DNA from: Dehalococcoidia bacterium
GTDB lineage: Bacteria > Chloroflexota > Dehalococcoidia > Lucifugimonadales > UBA3495
Length of the DNA stretch: 64,000 nucleotides
Direction: 5' to 3'
Assembly: GCA_965203195.1 (NCBI GenBank)
Contig: OZ241860.1
Location: 642,334 to 706,333, forward strand
This document shows, piece after piece, positions 1 through 9,074 of the stretch. Each line of letters starts with the position of its first letter. The first letter of the stretch is position 1. The notes beneath the pieces were generated by a model, which did not search any database, was not told the origin of the DNA, and worked only from the letters and a program-made list of their open reading frames with translations. The position numbers and the translations under genes were made by a program.

Positions 1-132
1 CGGGGCGACGGGGGATGGCTGAACCACCGGAACGGAAACGCTGCCGGCACAACCCCGGCGGCGACGGCCGGATGCGGCCGGCCCGGGGGAAGGGTGTCGG
101 GCCGTGGTTGGCGATAGGTTGGGCGGCAGTGG

Positions 133-966
133 TTACAGGTCGGAGACTTCCGTTTCGGTGAGGCGGCGGGACATCGGGGGTTTGACATAGCGGCCGGCGA
201 GGCCGGCGCGGCTCAAGGCTTCGGGGACGCTCTGGCCGTGGATGGGCATAGCGTCGGCGAGCAGGGGTTCCACATAGTGGCGCACCTGCTGCTGCTGGAC
301 GGCGATGGGCTGGGTGGCGTCTATGGTCATCAGCCCGAATTCCTCGGTCATGGCTTCGTACTCGTCCAGCAGTCGGCCCTGGAAGATGCGGAAGGATTGC
401 TCGCGGTCGCCGGAGAAGCCCATATCCTGGCCGGATTCGTAGTAGCCGAGTTCCTCGCGTCCGGTGTTGATGCGGTGGATGGACACGTCCAGAGGCACTT
501 TGAAGTAGAGGGCCAGGGAGGGCTGGACGGCGAAGGAGTAGATGCGGCGCAGCCAGTCGCGGTCGACGCCGCGCACGGAGTCCCGGGCGAAGGCGGTGTA
601 GACGTAGCGGTCGGCGAGGACGATGGCGCCGGCGCGGAGGGCGGGGAGGATCTGGGCGTGCACGCGGCTGGCGAAGTCGGCGGCGTGGACCAGGCTGAAG
701 GACATAGGGGTGAGCAGGTTTTCCGATTTGCCGCGTTTGGTGGTGCGCCGGACGATGGGGGAGGAGTTCCATTCGGTGAAGGCGGTCACCAGGTTGCGGC
801 TGTGGAGCCACTTGCCGAGGAGGTCGATCTGGGTGCTTTTGCCGGAGCCGTCGATGCCCTCGACGATGATGAGCCGGCCCGGATACTGGCCGTCGTCGGG
901 ATGCTGGCCGTAGCGGTCGCCCATTTTGTAGGCCGGGGCGGGGCGGGCTTGCAGGGTAGTGGTCAT
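133..966 (-). CDS. tmk: thymidylate (dTMP) kinase-like P-loop kinase
   Basis: ORF 133..1230 trimmed to the ATG at 964-966 (MTTTLQ...). It has the P-loop IIVEGIDGSGKSTQ and the DRY motif (LADRYVYTA). A 4-nt ATGA overlap joins it to the upstream ppx-like gene. Confidence 0.7.
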   Translation of the reverse strand: MTTTLQARPAPAYKMGDRYGQHPDDGQYPGRLIIVEGIDGSGKSTQIDLLGKWLHSRNLVTAFTEWNSSPIVRRTTKRGKSENLLTPMSFSLVHAADFASRVHAQILPALRAGAIVLADRYVYTAFARDSVRGVDRDWLRRIYSFAVQPSLALYFKVPLDVSIHRINTGREELGYYESGQDMGFSGDREQSFRIFQGRLLDEYEAMTEEFGLMTIDATQPIAVQQQQVRHYVEPLLADAMPIHGQSVPEALSRAGLAGRYVKPPMSRRLTETEVSDL

Positions 967-2648
967 AGTTCGTTGCCTCTTGCGGTGGTGACGCGGATGG
1001 TTTCGCCGAAGGTTTCCTGCCAGCGTTGCGACAGGCCGGGGGCGGATGATGGCGACCAGCCCGGCGTGCGTACGGTCAATGTACCGGTCAATGTACCCTG
1101 GGGGCGGTGGACGCGCACGGCGGCGGCGGGGAGTTCCGGGGGCAGACGGCAGTCCAGGTGGTCGGCCAGCGTCAGTATAACTGCCGCCTGCGCCAGGCGC
1201 TGCATATCGTCGGGGGAAAGCAGGCGGCAATTGCGGAAGCGGCGGGGCAGCCGTCCGTTTTCGGAGGCCAGCAGTATGGCGGCGATCTGGGCGGATTCCC
1301 GGTGGGTGAATCCGGGCAGGTCGGCGCGGACGACGAGGCTGGCGGCGCGGTTGGCGCGGTTGTAGAAGTCAACGGCGCTGCCGATGTCCAGGAGACGGGC
1401 GGCGCAGCGCAAAGGCGGCAGCAGGTCGGCGGGGCCGGGCGGCGGCCAGGCGGCGGCGGCGATAGCGGCGGCGAGGGCGGCGCGGCGTTCTCCCCGGCAA
1501 GCGAAACGGGGGGCGAAGCGCCGGCACAGGTCAATGGTGGCGTCGCGGCGGACGGCGGACAGGGGCGGCAGGCGGATGCTTTCCGGCGCCGGGGATGAGG
1601 TCGGGGCCGGCGCCGAGTTGGGGGCCGAGTCCGAGGTCGGCGCCAAGTCCGGGGCCGGGAGCGGGGGCAAAGGGGCCGGGTGGCGGGCCAGACCTTCCCG
1701 GAGGCCCTGGCCGGAGACGAGGATGCCGTCGGCGGCGGTGTGCTGCGCCAGGGCGTGGGCGACGACGGCGCCGCCGACGATGGAATGGACGCGTTCCGGG
1801 TTCATGCCCAGCATACCGGCGCGCTGGCGGCGGGTGAGGCCGGAGAGGGTGTGGAGGAGGCCGGCCAGGGCGTGGCTGCCGATGCGGTAGCCGTGCATTT
1901 TGATGATGGGGTAGATTTCCTCGCGGCTGCGGGCCAGACGGGAGAGGAGCCGGACGGAGCCGCCGGAGCCGACCAGGGCAGCGCCGGCGGGCAAGGGCGG
2001 CACTTCGGCTTCGGACAGGGCGGCGCGGACGTATTCGCCGGCGGCGCGCAGGTCGGCGGGGGCGGGACGGTCGGTGAGTCGGAAAAGGTTGGCGATGCGG
2101 AGGCTGCCCAGGGGCAGAGAACGGGGGGCAAGCATCGTGCGGTTTTGGAAGGGGACGATTTCGGCGCTGCCGCCGCCGATGTCGGCCAGCAGGCCATCGC
2201 TGACGGGGAGGCCGTGGATGGCGCCGATGAAGCAGTAGGCGGCTTCGTGGGCGCCGTCGATAATCCGCAGGGGGATGCCGGCGCGCCGGGCGGCGGCGGC
2301 CACGGCGGCGGCGTTGCCGGATTCGCGGAGGGCGGCGGTGGCCACGGCGTGGATGACGCCGACGCCGTAGGCGCGGGACACCAGGGCGAAATCGGCCAGG
2401 GCGTCCAGAGTGGCGGCGACGCCGGCGGCGTCGAGCATCCTGTTGGCGTCCAGGTGGCTCATCAGGTTGAGGGCGACGCTCTGCTGGGCGAGGATTTCGA
2501 TGCCGCCGCCGGGATGCGCCTGCATGACTACGGCGCGGGCGGAACCGGAGCCGATGTCAATGACGGCGGCGATGTCGCTGGGACTAGGGGAGCAAGCGGC
2601 GATTTCAGAGGGCGGCGCAGCGGCGGCGATAGTTTGGGGGCGCGTCAT
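963..2648 (-). CDS. Ppx/GppA family phosphatase (exopolyphosphatase-like)
   Basis: 561-aa ORF. The N-terminal actin-fold phosphate loop is VIDIGSGSARAVVM, and a second glycine loop is ADIGGGSAEI. It is translationally coupled to tmk. Confidence 0.75.
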   Translation of the reverse strand: MTRPQTIAAAAPPSEIAACSPSPSDIAAVIDIGSGSARAVVMQAHPGGGIEILAQQSVALNLMSHLDANRMLDAAGVAATLDALADFALVSRAYGVGVIHAVATAALRESGNAAAVAAAARRAGIPLRIIDGAHEAAYCFIGAIHGLPVSDGLLADIGGGSAEIVPFQNRTMLAPRSLPLGSLRIANLFRLTDRPAPADLRAAGEYVRAALSEAEVPPLPAGAALVGSGGSVRLLSRLARSREEIYPIIKMHGYRIGSHALAGLLHTLSGLTRRQRAGMLGMNPERVHSIVGGAVVAHALAQHTAADGILVSGQGLREGLARHPAPLPPLPAPDLAPTSDSAPNSAPAPTSSPAPESIRLPPLSAVRRDATIDLCRRFAPRFACRGERRAALAAAIAAAAWPPPGPADLLPPLRCAARLLDIGSAVDFYNRANRAASLVVRADLPGFTHRESAQIAAILLASENGRLPRRFRNCRLLSPDDMQRLAQAAVILTLADHLDCRLPPELPAAAVRVHRPQGTLTGTLTVRTPGWSPSSAPGLSQRWQETFGETIRVTTARGNEL

Positions 2649-2727
2649 TTGTTATAATCCGGCCAGCTTTGGGGAGGGGTAGCGGGGACAATTCACCGGG
2701 GGAACAAGTCAAGCAAGGAGGTTAGCG

Positions 2728-3480
2728 ATGCCCAGATTGGAAGGCAAGGTTGCCATCGTTACCGGCGCGGCGCGGGGGATGGGCGAGGTGGAAGCGCGCC
2801 TGTTCGCCGAGGAAGGGGCGGCGGTCATTCTCGCTGATGTTCGGGACGCCGAAGGGCAGCGGGTGGCCGAGGAAATCGCGTCGTCCGGGGGCGCGGCGGA
2901 GTACGTCCGCCTGAATGTGACTGATGAGGACAACTGGCGGCAAGTTACCGGCGACGCGGCGGGCAAGCACGGGCGGCTGGATATTCTGGTGAACAATGCG
3001 GGCATCTCCGGGTACGATGAGGAGGACAACCTGGGGACGACCACTTGGGACCGGCTGCTGGACATTAACGCCAAGGGCGTCTTTCTGGGGATGAAACACG
3101 CTATTGCGGTGATGGAAAGGCAGGATGACGGGGGCAGCATCGTCAACATATCGTCCATTTCCGGCATTGTGGGGCAGGATTTCATTCATATGGGCTACAA
3201 CGCGTCCAAAGGGGCGGTGCGGCTGATGACGAAATCGGCGGCGGTGCGCTGGGCGGCGGCGGGGATACGGGTTAATTCGGTGCATCCCGGCCTGATGCCG
3301 CCGATGGCGGGGGGTTCGGCCAGTTCGGCGACGCGGGCGGCGATGACGGCCAACATTCCGATGCGGCGCACGGGACGGCGGGAGGAGGTGGCCTACGCGG
3401 CGCTGTTTCTGGCCAGCGATGAGGCATCCTACATTACCGGCGCGGAGCTGGTGGTGGACGGAGGATTCACGGCGCAGTGA
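2728..3480 (+). CDS. SDR family NAD(P)-dependent oxidoreductase
   Basis: 250 aa. Motifs: TGAARGMG (TGxxxGxG), NNAG, and catalytic YNASK (YxxxK). A strong RBS, AAGGAGG, lies upstream. Confidence 0.9.
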   Translation: MPRLEGKVAIVTGAARGMGEVEARLFAEEGAAVILADVRDAEGQRVAEEIASSGGAAEYVRLNVTDEDNWRQVTGDAAGKHGRLDILVNNAGISGYDEEDNLGTTTWDRLLDINAKGVFLGMKHAIAVMERQDDGGSIVNISSISGIVGQDFIHMGYNASKGAVRLMTKSAAVRWAAAGIRVNSVHPGLMPPMAGGSASSATRAAMTANIPMRRTGRREEVAYAALFLASDEASYITGAELVVDGGFTAQ

Positions 3481-3533
3481 CGGGGCGGCGGTTCAATCGC
3501 TGCCGCGTCACCGGTTTGCTGCCGGGCGACGGG

Positions 3534-4457
3534 TTAGTTGGCGGGCAGGGCGGCGATTTCCGCTTCCAGGCGGGCGATGTCGGCTTCGTCCAGGTTGAAA
3601 TACTTGGCGTCGGGGTGGTGAAAGACGAGGGCGGATACGGAACCCTCGGGGTCCATCATATAGCCGTCGGTGAGTTCCACGCCGATGTTGTCGGTTACAT
3701 TGAGCAGGGCAAAGAGCTTGGCCTGGTCCTCCAGGCGGGGGCAGGCGGGATAGCCGAAGGAGTAACGCTTGCCGCGGTAGTTGGCGCGGAACAGGTCGCG
3801 CAGTTCGGCGGCGCCGCCGAGTTTTAGGCCGGAGGGTTCGCCGATGCCCCACATACTGCGGATGCGCTTGTGGAGCAGTTCGGCGAAGCCTTCGGCGGAT
3901 TCGATGGCCAGGGCCTGGAGGGTGTGGGAGTCCAGGTAGCGGCCGGCGTTTTTCCAGCGTTCCGCGAGGGCGCGGACGCCGGGGCCGACGGTGGTGGCGA
4001 ACATAGCCACATAGTCGTTGGGGCCGTGGCCAACCGGGCGGGCGTAGTCGGAGAGGCAGAGGCCGTCGCGGGCCTGCTGGCGGCCGAAGTAGAAGCGTTC
4101 CAGTTCGGTTGCGCCGTCGGGCCGGTAGATGACGAGCCACTGGCCCTGGGAGCGGCAGGGGAAGAATTTGAAAACGGCGCTGGCGGCGATGTCGGAGCGG
4201 GACAGCATAATGTCCTCCACGCGCTGGGCCTGGCGGCGGAGTTCCAGGGCTTTGGGTTCCTGGTTTTGCAGGGCTTCGCTGAAGCGGCCGCGGTAGCCGA
4301 GGTGGCGGACGTAGAGCATCTGCGGGTTGATGTAGCCGAAGATTTCGTCCAGGTCGTAGTCGCGCAGGACGTGGAGGCGCAGGTCGGGGGGTGGGGGGGA
4401 GGCGTCCAGCGGGGGGACGACAGGGGCATTGACAGGGGTGTGGGCAGTCATATTCAT
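3534..4457 (-). CDS. stand-alone methionine synthase reactivation (AdoMet-binding) domain protein
   Basis: 307 aa resembling the C-terminal activation domain of cobalamin-dependent MetH (YINPQMLY..., RFYFGRQ, DYVAMFATTVG, RYSFGYPACP). The metH gene at 6133..8745 lacks this domain. Confidence 0.75.
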   Translation of the reverse strand: MNMTAHTPVNAPVVPPLDASPPPPDLRLHVLRDYDLDEIFGYINPQMLYVRHLGYRGRFSEALQNQEPKALELRRQAQRVEDIMLSRSDIAASAVFKFFPCRSQGQWLVIYRPDGATELERFYFGRQQARDGLCLSDYARPVGHGPNDYVAMFATTVGPGVRALAERWKNAGRYLDSHTLQALAIESAEGFAELLHKRIRSMWGIGEPSGLKLGGAAELRDLFRANYRGKRYSFGYPACPRLEDQAKLFALLNVTDNIGVELTDGYMMDPEGSVSALVFHHPDAKYFNLDEADIARLEAEIAALPAN

Positions 4458-4735
4458 AGGGCCGGCTCCGGCGGCGAATGGGGCGTTGCGCCGTACTTGG
4501 CGAGGATGGCGTCCACGAAGGGCTTGAGGGTGGTTTCGGCGTGTTCTATGGTTAGCGCCGAGACGGCGTGGTCAAGTTCCGCGCCGGTTGTTGCGGCGTA
4601 GAACACCATTACGCCTTTGGCGATGTGTTCGCCTTCCACGCGCGATCTGCCGTTTTCAATGAACAGGGTCTGCGTGTCGGGGTAGTATAGAACGGTGGGT
4701 TCCAGTTCCGAATGCGCCACCCTCTTTTCGGCCAT
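4454..4735 (-). CDS. small DUF2283-like protein
   Basis: 93 aa. The YYPDTQTLFIE segment resembles the YDxExDxLYI signature of DUF2283. ATGA overlap with the downstream reactivation-domain gene. Confidence 0.4.
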   Translation of the reverse strand: MAEKRVAHSELEPTVLYYPDTQTLFIENGRSRVEGEHIAKGVMVFYAATTGAELDHAVSALTIEHAETTLKPFVDAILAKYGATPHSPPEPAL

Positions 4736-4833
4736 TTCGTCCTCGCTTTTGGTATCAGCTATCTCTATGTTCAGCTTGCCAATGTTTCAACGATAAGCCG
4801 GACGGGATGCAGTTCGGTTACGATGCATTATCC

Positions 4834-5271
4834 TCACAGTGGGAAATAGTATACCAGGCCGGCACTTATGTCGAGGTGGCTGGAGAGCCAGTTGCGCATC
4901 ACGTCCATACCTACCAGCGACGGCAGGCCGTAGTTGTAGTCCGTTTCAACTGCCAGGCAGATTGTCACCGGGTATGCATATTGATGCCCGGTAATCGGGT
5001 CGTCAAATGTAACGGTGGCTTCCGCTGTACGGAATGCGGCGGAACCGCCGATGCCTCCGAGTCTGGTTTGGGGCGCATCGGCTATCGCTTCCGGGGTAAT
5101 GCCCAGGCGTCGCCAGTCGGCGGGGTGCAGCACAGTGGCGGTGGCCCCGGTGTCCACAAGGAACTGCACATAGTCGTGAACATTGAGCGACGGTATGGCT
5201 ACACCGGCTTCGGCATAGGTTTGGACGTCCTGCCCGGTGACGATTCGGGTTGCCTTAATCACAGAATCCAC
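4834..5271 (-). CDS. retropepsin-like (clan AA) aspartic protease
   Basis: 145 aa with the FLVDTGATATVLH motif (D-T-G-A active-site signature). Apparent GTG start overlaps the upstream gene by 13 nt. Lies in a lower-GC region. Confidence 0.6.
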   Translation of the reverse strand: MDSVIKATRIVTGQDVQTYAEAGVAIPSLNVHDYVQFLVDTGATATVLHPADWRRLGITPEAIADAPQTRLGGIGGSAAFRTAEATVTFDDPITGHQYAYPVTICLAVETDYNYGLPSLVGMDVMRNWLSSHLDISAGLVYYFPL

Positions 5272-6041
5272 CCGTTTACCTGGGTATTCAGGAACTTGAT
5301 AGGGGTATCGCCGGGGCGCATACCTGCCTGTTTGATGCGTTCAATCAGTTCCTGGCTGGTTTTGCCGGACAGCACAGCGCCGTCATCCGCGAAAGCAATC
5401 CACTGGTCAGGGTAGTCCTTGACCAGGTTAGGAGCAGCCTTGAGCAGTCGAACGTGGGCCGCGGTGAATTGAGCCATGGTTTTCCGAGGAATGGCTTCGC
5501 TTGGCGTGGGTTCCGTGGTCGTTATCGGATACGCCTCCTTTTGCGACCGGCACACTTTATGTTCGCCGGCCCGGCACAAATGTGCAAAATGTTCAGCGAA
5601 TGCTTCGCTAACCTCTTGCCAAAGGCTAGGCGCGAGATGTTTCCTGCTGTTGACAGTGTTGAGTACTGTATATCCACCGCATTGCAACGCCTCGGCAAGC
5701 GCTTTTTCCAAGGCCGCGACTTTATCCCTTTGCTTACCGTGATCTTCGGATTTGCCCTCCGGGAGCAAAGGCCCGCGGGATACCATCTCGAACCTAGACG
5801 TTTCAGGCGTGACTCCCTTTCCTTCCAAGAGGGAGAGCATCGTGTTCGCTTTGCTGTTTTTCGCAAAGTGCGTTCCCATACGCTGGATGGGCGAAGATGC
5901 GTGTGGCGATGAGCTGTCCCCCGTGCGGCCAACGTATAGCAATTCCTTGCCTTCGGCTGTAGTGATTCTCCACACGTAGAGCCAGAACCCGCGCTGCATC
6001 ATACAGCCGTTGAATGTAAGATTGTGGGTTGAAGCGGGCAT
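5259..6041 (-). CDS. GIY-YIG-like nuclease domain fused to a C-terminal DUF5678-like domain
   Basis: Start chosen at MPAST (ATG 6039-6041) behind a GGAGG RBS. The N-terminal segment FWLYVW...ELLYVGRTG resembles GIY...YIG. The C-terminal segment YPDQWIAFADDGAVLSGKTSQELIERIKQAG resembles DUF5678. The region is A/T-richer than its flanks. Confidence 0.5.
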   Translation of the reverse strand: MPASTHNLTFNGCMMQRGFWLYVWRITTAEGKELLYVGRTGDSSSPHASSPIQRMGTHFAKNSKANTMLSLLEGKGVTPETSRFEMVSRGPLLPEGKSEDHGKQRDKVAALEKALAEALQCGGYTVLNTVNSRKHLAPSLWQEVSEAFAEHFAHLCRAGEHKVCRSQKEAYPITTTEPTPSEAIPRKTMAQFTAAHVRLLKAAPNLVKDYPDQWIAFADDGAVLSGKTSQELIERIKQAGMRPGDTPIKFLNTQVNGWIL

Positions 6042-6132
6042 AAGACGCCTCCGGCAGTGAGGTACTTTTGTTTGAGATACAATGATCGTGGTCGCCCACG
6101 ATAGCAGAGCCATTGGGGCAATGTCAATAGCT

Positions 6133-8745
6133 CTAGCGCCGCGCCGCTTCCGCCTGCAATTCCGCCGTTTCCGAGGCCAGGCGGGCCGCCATGCGTTCCC
6201 GTTCGTCGGCGTCCTGGATCAGGTTGGCGAGGGCCAAGCCGTTCATGGCGTCGGCGGCGTAGGCGACCATGCCGCCGTACTCGGGGGCGATGCGCAGGCG
6301 GGTGAAGCGGTTGGAGAGGGCAGCGCCGCCCACCAGGACGGGGACATTGATGCCGGCGGCGCGGAAGTCCTGCGCCGTTTCCACCATCATCTGCGCCGAT
6401 TTGACCAGCAGGCCGGACAGGCCGATGATGTCCGGGCTATGCTCGCGATAGCCGGCGATCAGCTCCTGGGCCGGCACCTTGATGCCCAGGTTGATGACGC
6501 GGTAGCCGTTGTTGGAGAGGATGATTTCCACCAGGTTTTTGCCGATGTCGTGGACGTCGCCCTTGACGGTGGCCAGCAGGACGCGGCCGCGGGTGGCGGC
6601 GTCGCTGCGTTCCATATAGGGTTCCAGGTGGGCCACGGCGAACTTCATGGCTTCGGCGCTTTGCAGGACTTCGGCGACGATGAGCTGGTTGGCGTTGAAC
6701 TGGCGGCCTACTTCGTCCATGCCGGCCATCAGGGGGCCGTTGATGATGGCCAAGGGGGGGCGTTCCCGGAGAGCCAGGTCCAGGTCGGCGGCCAGGCCCT
6801 CTTTGCTGCCCTCGATGATGCACCGGGCCAGCCTTTCGTCCAGGGGCAGGGCCAGGCGTTCCGCGGCGGTGGCGCGGGGGGCGCGGTCGCGGAAATGGGC
6901 GGCGAAGGCGGCTACGGGGTCGTCGCCCCGGTTCCAGATCAGATCCTCGGAAAGACGGCGTTCCGCCTCGGGGATGATGGCGTAGCGCTGCATCAGCTCC
7001 GAGTTGACGATGGCCAGATCCAGGCCGGCCTGGGTGCAGTGGTACAGAAAGACGGAGTTGAATACCTCGCGGCCGGCGGCGGGCAGTCCGAAAGACACAT
7101 TAGAGATGCCCAGCACGGTTTTGGCGCGGGGCAGGGCGTCTTTGATGAGGCGCACGCCGGCGATGGTTTCGGCGGCGGAGCCGACGTAGTTTTCGTCGCC
7201 GGTGCCGGCGGGGAACACCAGGGGGTCAAAGATGATGTCCTGTTCCGGCACGCCGTATTTTTCCGTCAGCAGGCGGTGGGAGCGGAGGGCGATTTCCAGC
7301 TTGCGCTCTTTGGTGATGGCCTGGGCCTGGTCGGGGTCGTCGTCAATGCAGCCCACGACCAGGGCGGCGCCGTAGCGGCGCGCCAGAGGGACGACGCGCT
7401 GGAAGCGTTCCTCGCCGTCCTCAAGGTTGATGGAGTTGATGATGGACTTGCCTTGCAGCCGTTTGAGGGATTGCTCAATGACGGCGGCGTCGGTGGAGTC
7501 GATCATTATGGGGGCCTTGACGCGACGGTTGAGCTGGTCCAGGAACTTGATGACGTCGGCGGTTTCGTCGCGGTCGGGGTCTTGCAGGCAGACGTCCAGG
7601 ATGTGGGCGCCGTTGCGCACCTGGCGGCGTCCGATTTCGGCGGCTTCCTCGAAGCGGTCGCGGGCGATGAGTCGCTTGAAGCGGCGGCTGCCGAGGACGT
7701 TGGTGCGCTCGCCCACGATGGTGGGGCGGGTGTCGTCGTTGACGACCACGGCTTCAATGCCGGAGACGCGGGTTTCCAGGGGCGGCGCGGCGGCGCGGGG
7801 CGTCTTGCCGTTCATTGCGACGGAGATCTGCCGGATGTGTTCGGGGCCGGTGCCGCAGCAGCCGCCGGCGATGTTGAGCCAGCCGTTGTCGGCGAAGCGG
7901 GTCAGGGCGCGGGCCAGCAGCTCCGGCGTTTGGTTGTAGTTGCCGTCCTCGTCGGGCAGGCCGGCGTTGGGGATGCAGGCGATGCCGAAGCGGGACAAGT
8001 CCTGCATGGTACGCAGGTGGTCGGTCATAAACTCGGGGCCGGTGGCGCAGTTGAAGCCGACCCACAGCAGTTCCCGGTGGGCCAGGGAGGTGTAGAGGGC
8101 TTCGGCGTCCTGGCCGGCCAGCAGGGTGCCCATAGGCTCAATGGTGCCTTGCACGGCCACGGGGACGGCGGCGTCAAGTTCGGCCCGGGCGCGGTCGATG
8201 CCCTCCAGGCCGGCCTTGACGTTGATGGTGTCCTGGCTGGTTTCCAGCAGCAGGACGTCGGCGCCGCCCTGGATGAGGCCGGCGGCCTGCTGGTGGTAGT
8301 CGGCGGCCAGTTGGTCAAAGGTGACGCCGCCGGTTACGGAGATGGCGCGGGTGGTGGGGCCCATGGCGCCGGCCACGAAGCGGGGTTTGCGGGCGTCGGC
8401 GGCGGTGTAATCGTCGGCGGCGCGGCGGGCGATGGCGGCGGCTTCCCGGTTGATGCGGCGGGCGTGGTCGGCCAGGTTGTACTCGCCGAGAACGAGGGCA
8501 GTGGCGCCGAAGGTGTTGGTCTCGATGATGTCGGCGCCGGCGTCCAGATAGGCGCGGTGGATGGCGTCGATCACATCGGGCCGGGTGATGTTGAGGTATT
8601 CGTTGCAGCCCTCGTATTCGGGGCCGCCGAAGTCGTCGGGGGTTAGGCCCCGGGCCTGGATTTGGGTTCCCATGGCGCCGTCCACCACGAGGATGCGGCG
8701 GGAGAGGGCGGTTTTGAGTTGGCTGCTGCGGGGGTTGGCATTCAT
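6133..8745 (-). CDS. metH: cobalamin-dependent methionine synthase (Hcy-binding + pterin-binding + B12-binding modules, no reactivation domain)
   Basis: ORF 6133..8922 trimmed to MNANPRS (ATG 8743-8745), giving 870 aa. Opens with ILVVDGAMGT and has pterin-binding and B12-binding segments (DVHDIGKN, GLSGLL). The protein ends right after the B12 domain. Confidence 0.9.
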   Translation of the reverse strand: MNANPRSSQLKTALSRRILVVDGAMGTQIQARGLTPDDFGGPEYEGCNEYLNITRPDVIDAIHRAYLDAGADIIETNTFGATALVLGEYNLADHARRINREAAAIARRAADDYTAADARKPRFVAGAMGPTTRAISVTGGVTFDQLAADYHQQAAGLIQGGADVLLLETSQDTINVKAGLEGIDRARAELDAAVPVAVQGTIEPMGTLLAGQDAEALYTSLAHRELLWVGFNCATGPEFMTDHLRTMQDLSRFGIACIPNAGLPDEDGNYNQTPELLARALTRFADNGWLNIAGGCCGTGPEHIRQISVAMNGKTPRAAAPPLETRVSGIEAVVVNDDTRPTIVGERTNVLGSRRFKRLIARDRFEEAAEIGRRQVRNGAHILDVCLQDPDRDETADVIKFLDQLNRRVKAPIMIDSTDAAVIEQSLKRLQGKSIINSINLEDGEERFQRVVPLARRYGAALVVGCIDDDPDQAQAITKERKLEIALRSHRLLTEKYGVPEQDIIFDPLVFPAGTGDENYVGSAAETIAGVRLIKDALPRAKTVLGISNVSFGLPAAGREVFNSVFLYHCTQAGLDLAIVNSELMQRYAIIPEAERRLSEDLIWNRGDDPVAAFAAHFRDRAPRATAAERLALPLDERLARCIIEGSKEGLAADLDLALRERPPLAIINGPLMAGMDEVGRQFNANQLIVAEVLQSAEAMKFAVAHLEPYMERSDAATRGRVLLATVKGDVHDIGKNLVEIILSNNGYRVINLGIKVPAQELIAGYREHSPDIIGLSGLLVKSAQMMVETAQDFRAAGINVPVLVGGAALSNRFTRLRIAPEYGGMVAYAADAMNGLALANLIQDADERERMAARLASETAELQAEAARR

Positions 8746-8782
8746 AAGTTCACGACCGTGATTGTGCGTAGGTTCACAAGCA

Positions 8783-8811
8783 AGGCTACCCGCAATCGCC
8801 GGCTCTGTCAA
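8783..8811 (-). promoter_or_regulatory. candidate sigma-70 promoter for metH
   Basis: On the minus strand: TTGACA, 17-nt spacer, TAGCCT. It lies about 40 nt upstream of the metH ATG. Confidence 0.35.
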
Positions 8812-9074
8812 ACGGGGCGCCCGGATGGGTGGGCGGCGGCGGGGCGGGCGGGCCGGTTTCGGGAACGCGCGCGGCCGGCGCGGCCAGCGTGGCGTGTGGG
8901 GTCTAGTGTGCTGACATTCCATCGCATCCGGTCAGCACCGCATCCGGCCAGCACAGCGCCATTCCGGGCGGTTGACTAACGGGCCCGGCGCGCCGACAAT
9001 CCGGGTGGTGGCCCAAGCTCCGCGCACCATCCCCCGGCGCAGCGCAAGGATAGGGACGACGAGGACGGGCAGCT

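Noticed and set aside
6082-8646. 854-aa ORF on the plus strand
   Set aside because: It lies entirely antisense to metH, which has unmistakable motifs. Its translation is Gly/Ala/Val/Asp-rich low-complexity sequence, typical of shadow ORFs in high-GC DNA.
8746-8960. Possible cobalamin or SAM riboswitch in the metH leader
   Set aside because: I read the minus-strand leader for a B12 box (GCCACUG-like), the GGUG...GGGAA cobalamin core and SAM-I/SAH-type cores, and found none convincing. Only a local hairpin (gtgctgac...gtcagcac) and a promoter-like TTGACA-N17-TAGCCT are present. An Rfam scan would be needed to exclude a divergent element.
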